NCBI GenBank assembly: GCA_964016885.1
Contig: OZ024741.1
Span: forward strand, 141,732,001 to 141,796,000
DNA: 64,000 bases
Direction of reading: 5' to 3'
Source of the DNA: Eledone cirrhosa
Lineage: Eukaryota
This document shows, piece after piece, positions 56,430 through 64,000 of the stretch. The position numbers and the translations under genes were made by a program. Numbering within the stretch: the first letter of the stretch is position 1; every line of letters starts with the position of its first letter. The notes under the pieces were generated by a model, which saw nothing but the letters and a program-made list of their open reading frames with translations, had not been told where the DNA came from and did no database searches.

Positions 56430-57830
56430 GCATAATATGCCTTTCAAGGTGGAAGCAGGGCAGGGGCTAAAAATAACAGGCCAGTCTCCCTGACCCCTCG
56501 TTCCCTGAGAAAAATGCCTGCCTAACTAATACTCAGTATCGCTTTCGCCCGGGAAGATACTGCCTTACACAGCGTTTACAACACTATGACTGGATACTGA
56601 AACAACGGCTGGACAGCTCAAATGTGGACGTGATATATCTTGACTTTGCGAAGGCCTTCGATAAAGTCAACCATGGAATGATATGTCACAAGCTACACAG
56701 TTTCGGCATAACTGGCAAAACTGGAAAGTGGTTTAAAAGACACAAGCCTGACTGCTGCAGCCAACGGGACCTTCTCAAAGGAAACACCAATAACAAGCGG
56801 GGTGCTCCATCGCACAGTCTTGGGACCACTACTGTTTTTGGTGGCTCTTTCAGACATGCCCTCTCTAGCACTTAAAACAGCCCTCACTAGCTATACTGAT
56901 GACACAAAGGTAGCGCAGGCAATGAAGAACCTGGCTGATGCTACTCTTTTGCAACAAGATCTGGATGCTATATACAAATGGGCTGAGGACAACAACATGC
57001 AGTTTAATGTTGGAAAATCTCAAGCCCTACAACACCAACCTGCAAACACAAAGACAATACAACAAAGCTGCATTGGACCAGGAGGGATCGAAATCCCCGT
57101 GTCGAAATCGATACGAGACCTTTGTATAGAAATGAGCGACGATGCATCGTTTCATTCACACATCATGAAAATGGGGACAATGTGCAGACGACTCGCTGGC
57201 TGGGTCTTGAGGATCTTCAAGACAAGAGACCGAGAGACCATGTTGATACTATGGAGAACATTTGTCCTACACCGACTAGACTATTGCTCCTAATTGTGGT
57301 CACCCCATGGTGTCGAAGCTATACCAAGATGGTTGCCATGATGAGGGAAATGAGTTACAGCGAGAAGCTAAAAGGGCTAAAACTCTAATACTTGGAACGA
57401 AGGCGGGGGGGGGGGGTACGCTATGATATACATATGAAAGATTCTGGAGGGACTAGCACTGAGAGCATTGAGAGGTGGACCAACCCCCCGAACAGGACGT
57501 TACTGTGGGTGCCAAGAACCCATCTTTCACATCTAGAGTAAGGAGCAGATAGCCTGTGGTTCAAACGCCCTCAACTCTTTAATAAGCTGCCAAGAAAATT
57601 GAGAGATCTGCGTGTTGTGGACGTGGATGTTTTCAACAAATATGTTGACACTCTGCTACCCAGGACCCCAGATGAACCCACAGCACCGAACGAAGATAAC
57701 CTAAGGGCAGCAACAATGAACTCTCTCCTACATCAATGGCCAGTCAGCGCAGGCTAGATATAGAAAGTGTAGCAGCAAGGGTGATGCCCAGCATAGCCAC
57801 AGCCGAATGGCTGAACCGGGTAAAATACTA
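56430..57830 (+). mobile_element. CR1/L2-like LINE, 5'-truncated and decayed
   Basis: DVIYLDFAKAFDKVNHG, TVLGPLLFL, YTDDTK, LQQDLDAIYKWAEDNNMQFN, RLDYCS. Confidence 0.8.
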
Positions 57831-57898
57831 AGAGTATATATATAAGCAGAAGTGTAAGACAACAGGTTAAAAAAATTAACTTCGTTTATTTATATTCA

Positions 57899-57955
57899 CT
57901 GTTATATATATTTCGGTGATAACGATTATGCGACAGCTATGACTTCATCAGACAG
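57899..57955 (-). ncRNA. Minimal type I hammerhead ribozyme, family G
   Basis: ctgt CTGATGA agtcatagctgtcgcataatcgttatcacc GAAA tatata TA acag; related to 3684-3739. Confidence 0.8.
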
Positions 57956-60198
57956 CTAGAATTTCAACAGAAAAAAATAGAAAAACGTAATGATGGAATA
58001 AAGTTTACTCTGTTATTTCGATTTTTTTATATGCTCAGTACTGAAGTATGGTGTTTTTTTCTCAAAACACTGGTCACATATGATACAGAATTGACGAATC
58101 CAATCATTAGTATAACCTGCCTCCTTCCCATTGTCCAGATTTAGTCTCGCCATTCCAATACCAAGTCTTAGAATGTCTTAGGTCAGTTGTCCTGGAATCA
58201 GGTCTGTTGCTTAGTGTTCTTTTTAGTAACCAACTATAATAACTGTATATACTTAGAATATAGGGGTGTTTTGACCTCAGTGACCTAGCTATATTAGTGG
58301 CAGTAGTGTTAATATGATACTACCACACCTCACAACCTGAGGAGTGGTAGTAGCATATTAACATTACTAGGTGTGAGGAGTGGTAGTATTGGAGTTGTCA
58401 GTGAAAAATTTACATATGTAAACAGATAACGGTTCATTTGGGAATGTGTATGTGTTGAAGTGGTAGAATATCAATTTTAAAAGGTGAGAGATATTACCAT
58501 TGGGTCTATTCTAATAGTGAGTTTTAATATTATAGAGATAATATTTATAAGTATATTTTATGAAGAATTAGGGTTGTAAGTATATTTTATTTTATTATAT
58601 TACAACAGGTTATTTATATAAATATTTATATAAATAATTTTCGTGTGTATATATGTTGTTTTTATTAATAGATAGATAATTTAAATATTTTTTTATATGT
58701 GAAGAGTTGCGATGAATTTCTTGTTTACATTTTCAATATATGTTTAAGAAAAAGGAAGTAGTTCTATTTTATTATAGAAGATTATTTTGTACATTCAATA
58801 GTTGCATCAAGATAGGAATACAAAATTTACGAAGTTAACGAAATTATACAAAAAAATGTTAACATTTATGTAAAGTGTAGTTGTTACTTAGAAGAAATGT
58901 GTAAGCGTGTTACATTATAAAGGAAAAGATAACTCCAATATTTCTTAGTTAAAATAGTTAAGTTATATTTACCGTTTATTCTAGAATTTACTTTTAAAAA
59001 ATATTCTAATTAAGATATATGTAAAATATATGTAAAAAAAGGTATATATTATTTTATATATGATTTTATAGTATCATATATTACATATTTTCTAAGAAAT
59101 AAATTCTTTTATATATGTATTTAGATAGCATTCCTTATATCTATTATCTATGCATATGTTAATGATATTAAGCATTAATAGGTATGGATTTGCAATGTCT
59201 ATATAGTCTATTAGGAAGAAATATTACAAACATCAAAAGTATATTCAAAAACATCATTAAAACAATCACAAAAAAGATATATTTCAAAATATCATTTAAA
59301 AAGAATATCATTTAAAAAAACATCACAAAACACCAACAAAGCATAGTGAAGACATAAAATGTAAACAAGTGAGATATAGAGGCTATAACTCACTTTTTCT
59401 ATAGATTATAGATACCTCTTAACGTCTTAGATTGACGATGTTTGCAAGAGTTGAATAATTCTTTCTTTTTATTTATAGAGTTTTGATTGATAAGTATATG
59501 AAATATTTCCTCAATACACAAATGACAAATTCTTGAGAGAGCCATATTCTGGTATGCGGGCGCTTTCGAAATCGTTCCCCAAGAGATTGAATAGTCGATA
59601 TTATTGTCTTTTAAGTACCAAATTAGATGTGAAAGTGATGTTGAAACTTTTTTGTCCGATCTATTAAATGTATGTTTGTGATTATACCAGCGTTCCTTCA
59701 ATTTTGTAGAAGTGACTCCTATATAGTTAAAACATTTTATCTCTAGTTTTTACTGTGCATTTGTATACTAAGTTTTTATCTAGACAATTATTCTGTAAAG
59801 GGCAATTTAATTCGTTTCTACAATTACATTTTCTAGAGCTGTTATCTATAGGGACGGTACGATTATTATTAGTATTAATATTGTTATTAGTAATATTATT
59901 ATTGTTATTTTGGTTTATTTGGGTTGGGTTTAAATTTAAGTTTCTATTATTAATTCTATTAATATTGTGTGCTATGTTCATAGTAGTAGAGTAAGATAGT
60001 TTTATAGTATGTCTGTTAAAAATAGAGTGGTGTCTGTGGGCTTTAGGAAAACATTTATCTGTTGCTTTGAAAAATAGGTTTGCTACAGATGCATTAACTC
60101 CTAATGAGATTGGGGGAGAGTACCAAATAATATTTCTAGTTCTAGTTCTTTTGTTTGATTTACTATTTATGTTAAATTGCTTATTATTATTATTATTA

Positions 60199-61280
60199 CA
60201 GCTGCATTTATCTTGCTTTATGTTCATACGAGTTATCACCAAGTCACAACCAGTGACCTCAAGAGACAACAAGGTCCGCCATGTTCAAGAAAGAACATAC
60301 ATACTCACACATGCATCTTTAGTGTTTAGACTTGTGATGTACTTATATTGACAGAATCTTCCTTAGTATATGGGCAGTTCCCATTAGTACTATCTTTTGT
60401 ATTTCTCCTATACGCGGGTTTCCTGGGATTTGCGATAAGTAATCATTAGAACCCTTAGGTATCATTCCCAGAGCGCCCACAACAACTGGTATTGTTTTAG
60501 TTCTCAATTTCCACATTTTTCCAGTTTCTATCTCCAGGTCCTTATACTTGCTCAATTTTTCAAATGTTTTTATAGATACATTCTTGTCTATTGGAACGGA
60601 CATATCAATTAGCAGGCATACCCTCTTTTGAAAGTCCTTCAATATTATATCAGGTCTATTTGCATCTATTTTTCGGTCTGTTTGGATGCTAAAGTTCCAC
60701 AAGATTGAGATGTGATCTTTTTCAAGTATGGGAGGTGGTTGATGCTCCCACCAATTCTTTTGATGGGGCAGGTCAAAATGCTTACACATTAGCCAATGTA
60801 TGTATTGTGCAGCTCTGTCATGCCTGTTTAGGTATTCGGTTGGAGCTATAGGACTGCACATTGAAATTATATGGTCATATTATATTATCTTCCCTTGACC
60901 ATTTTTCTCTCTTTTTCTTTGGATTTCTTGGTGATGAGCATGGAGGGCCAACAGTAGGAGTATTCCGGTTATGGGAGGTCTCCAGCTCCGAAGTTATGGG
61001 AAGGTTTGAACCATTAGCTGATTTTTCGACCCCAGTCTGGTTCCTCTCTGAGGGACGCGGCCCTTTTTGACCCGGGTGACGGCCGATCCGGTATGAGATT
61101 TTATCATTTGACATTTACTTTATTTTGTCGCGTTTTATCCTTTTCCGCCAAGGGGTAATCATTTCGTGTTACCACTTCTAGGACGAGTGTCAACCAAGAC
61201 TAGAGGAGTCGTCCTCCCCTAGAGACACGGCTATTCCCCGCCGGCCGCCATCCCGGTATTTCTTGGTCACGGGTTTTCTT
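60199..61280 (-). mobile_element. Internally deleted R4/Dong-like non-LTR element (REL endonuclease)
   Basis: 5' UTR and N-terminus (..REKWSREDNII) fused at ~60860 to RHDRAAQYIHW..NRPDII..LLIDMSVP..KLSKYKDL..IPVVVGALG; 3' end at (TAA)n. Confidence 0.8.
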
Positions 61281-62242
61281 TTTTGTTGTTTTTTTTAAAT
61301 TGTTATCATGAGTGGTTCCTTAATGTGAGCTTAAGAATGAAATTATTAATAATATAATATACTTTTTGCTGAAGTTGCCTGTTATTGTTGTTGGCTATGT
61401 CGGTGGTGGTGCTGGGGCTTTTTCTATTGTTGGTGGGGAAGGGGGGAGCCAGTAGTGCCATAGTCGTTGACGTTTGGCCGGTGGCCGGGTCACTGAGTCA
61501 AACTATTTATATCTTTTGCTAGCCTCTCCCTTGTCTAGTGATACCGCCACCTTCCCCTTTCTTAAGTTAACAGAAGGTAATGGGGGAATAGTGGTGGTAT
61601 CAATGAAGGAGTGGTGGCGGCGGTGATGGGATAGTGGTAGCAATGATGGATGGAGTGGTGGCGGCGGTGACTATAGTGATGGCGTTGTCGTTACTGAGTT
61701 TTGTTGAATAGACTGTAGTTTGTTTGATCTGTGTATCGATGCGGTTTGTCGCGTATGTTTAATATATGTGTTGACATATTTTCTTAATATTGAAATTAAA
61801 CATTTTCTGAAAACTTGAGACAATAATAATAGTAATTATTATTATTATGCTGGGATTGGTGGTGAAATTGCCGTTATCTGGCTGTTGTATTTAGTGTACA
61901 CAGAGGGGTGATGGGATAGGTGGTGTATCTAGTTTGTGGTGTTGGTGAAATTGCTGTTATTTGGCTGTTCAATATAGTGTAGACAGAGGGGTTTTTTTTC
62001 TTCCATTTATAACCATTTTCTTTTTTGAATATAAAATTTATAATACAAAATTGAATATTTGAGCGATATAACAGGATATTATGGATCCGAATTTTCTGAG
62101 AGTGGAGTCTGGTTCTTTATGTATCATTTGTACTAAGAATTGTTATTTCACAATTGATTTAAATATGTTAAAAATCAAAAACTTACGGTAGCGATTTCAT
62201 GACCTATCCACCACGTGCGTCTTCTTCTTCTTCTTCTTCTTC

Positions 62243-62304
<62 letters not shown>

Positions 62305-62305
<1 letters not shown>

Positions 62306-63722
62306 TTTGAGTCTCAGTCATTGATGTTAGTTAACTGGAAATTTGTCGAAATGAATATCAAGCCACTACCTGCAGCCTCAGATATTCAGGACGTATCGGA
62401 GGGTTCTTGCTGTTCCCAGCAAGCATGCCTTTTGAAGCGTTCCAAAAAGCGTGAAGGGGCCAATTTTCTTTAACCATCCCTGGAAACTTTTTGAGATAGT
62501 ACCTAGTGCGCCTATGACAATCGGGACCACTTTGACTTCATGGCAGTTCCAAATCCTTTTTACCTCCCACTTTAAGTCCTGTTATCGGTTAATTTTCTCC
62601 CTCTCCTTCTCTTGCACTCTCGTGTCGAATGGGCAGGCCACATCCACAATCAGGCACGATCTTTTTTCTTTGTCCACAACCACCAGGTCAGGTCTATTGT
62701 GTTCCAGTTTCTTGTCCGTCTGTATCCTAAAATCCCACAGCACCTTCACCTGATTGTTTTCTATCACCGACTCTGGCTTATGCTCATACCACTTCTCAGA
62801 ATGTGGTAAATTGTTTACTTTGCATAGGTGCCAGTGGATCAGTGCCCATAACATCATGTCTCCAGCCCTTATAGTGAGTCTGGGCTAGGTGTTTACACTC
62901 GGATACAATGTGAGCCACAGTCTCCTCTCTCTCCACAGATCCTGCACAGTGGGCTAGCCTCCTCCTTGTAAATATGGTGTTTCAACCACTTCGTTTTGAG
63001 GGCCTGCTCTTGCGCAGCCATTAACATTCCTTCTGTAGCCTTTTTAAGGTCTCCTTTTTTCAACCAGTTCCATGTCTGTGGATCTCTGAATTCAGTTTTC
63101 TCAAAGAAGGTACTATGAAGGGATTTTTCCTGAAGGCTGCTCTTTCTCCTTGATGTTATTTCCTCCTTGGAAATCCCCTGGTCTATTGTCCTCTCCTTCA
63201 GTACAGTTCTGAGCATTGGCTCCTTACTATCAGTCACGTATTTGTGTAGGTTGTTTTTCTCCATCTGAACACAGTCCTCTATGCTGATAAGACCTCTTCC
63301 ACCTTCAGATCTCCTTAAGTAGAGTCTATCGACATCACTCCTCTTGTGGAACATGTTGTAGATAGTCAATAGCTTCCTAGTTTTCCTATCCATTTCTTTT
63401 TGTTCAGCAACATTCCATCTCAGAATTCCCGCACTGTACCTAATAATACACACAGCTCTGGATTCCGTTACTTCTGCTCAATTTACCCCTCTTCATCACA
63501 AGGACTCCACAATTACTAATACCAAATTGCATACATATATCATTGCTGAAAATACGGACAGTGTCAACAAGCACATCCAACTCCTTCTCTCTCTTCCCGA
63601 AGAGCTTAAGATCGTCCATGAAGAGGAGGTGATTGATGGTAAGCCCTCCCTTTCCCAACCCGTATCTGCTCTCACTTTTCGCAGTACACTGGTCAGGGGC
63701 ATCAGGGCAAGGACAAACAACA
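62305..63722 (-). mobile_element. 5'-truncated R4/Dong-like non-LTR element
   Basis: INHLLFMDDLKLF, RLYLRRSEGGRGL, AAQEQAL, CRIC, NRPDLVVVD..IVDVACP; (TAA)n on both sides. Confidence 0.85.
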
Positions 63723-63748
63723 AATTATTATTATTATTATTATTATTA

Positions 63749-64000
63749 CAGTTGCATTTATCTTGCTTTATGTTCATACGAGTTATCACCAAGTCACAAC
63801 CAGTGACCTCAAGAGACAACAAGGTCCGCCATGTTCAAGAAAGAACATACATACTCACACATGAATCTTTAGTGTTTAGACTTGTGATGTACTTATATTG
63901 ACAGAATCTTCCTTAGTATATGGGCAGTTCCCATTAGTACTATCTTTTGTATTTCTCCTATACGCGGGTTTCCTGGGATTTGCGGTAAGTAATCATTAGA
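63749..64000 (-). mobile_element. 3' end of another R4/Dong-like copy (runs off window)
   Basis: Nearly identical to 60199-60450. Confidence 0.85.

Larger units (their letters stand above)
57835..62220 (-). mobile_element. Second Penelope-like element (family G), interrupted by an R4/Dong-like insertion
   Basis: RNIIWYSPP...KLSYSTTMN...CNCRNELNCPLQNNCLDKNLVYKCTV / YIGVT...KERWYNH...CHLCIEE...NKKKELFNSCKH at 59399-60180; ~1.5-kb 3' UTR ending in an HHR. The upstream boundary beyond 61290 is uncertain. Confidence 0.7.

Overview
Eukaryotic, AT-rich, microsatellite-dense DNA. The SINE/LINE content and (TA)n density suggest an octopus or other coleoid cephalopod (inference). The only host gene is an intronless 5-HT1-like serotonin receptor (17588-19027, +). 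The rest is a retroelement graveyard: two Penelope-like elements (PLEs) with GIY-YIG remnants, a near full-length RTE LINE plus two fragments, a Tx1/L1-clade LINE inside a ~71-bp minisatellite, CR1/L2-like fragments, three R4/Dong-like pieces at (TAA)n, Tc1/mariner, hAT and piggyBac-like remnants, and tRNA-type SINEs. The signal the ORF track misses is non-coding. I read about 17 type I hammerhead ribozyme (HHR) motifs with a recognisable core, plus degenerate copies, in roughly a dozen sequence families. Most lie in short 'palindrome + one-sided tail' insertions in (TA)n tracts, the same architecture as the coding PLE at 285-3622. One family forms a ~443-bp HHR-bearing tandem unit resembling a retrozyme. 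All folds and alignments were done by eye, ribozyme activity is untested, and element boundaries are approximate.
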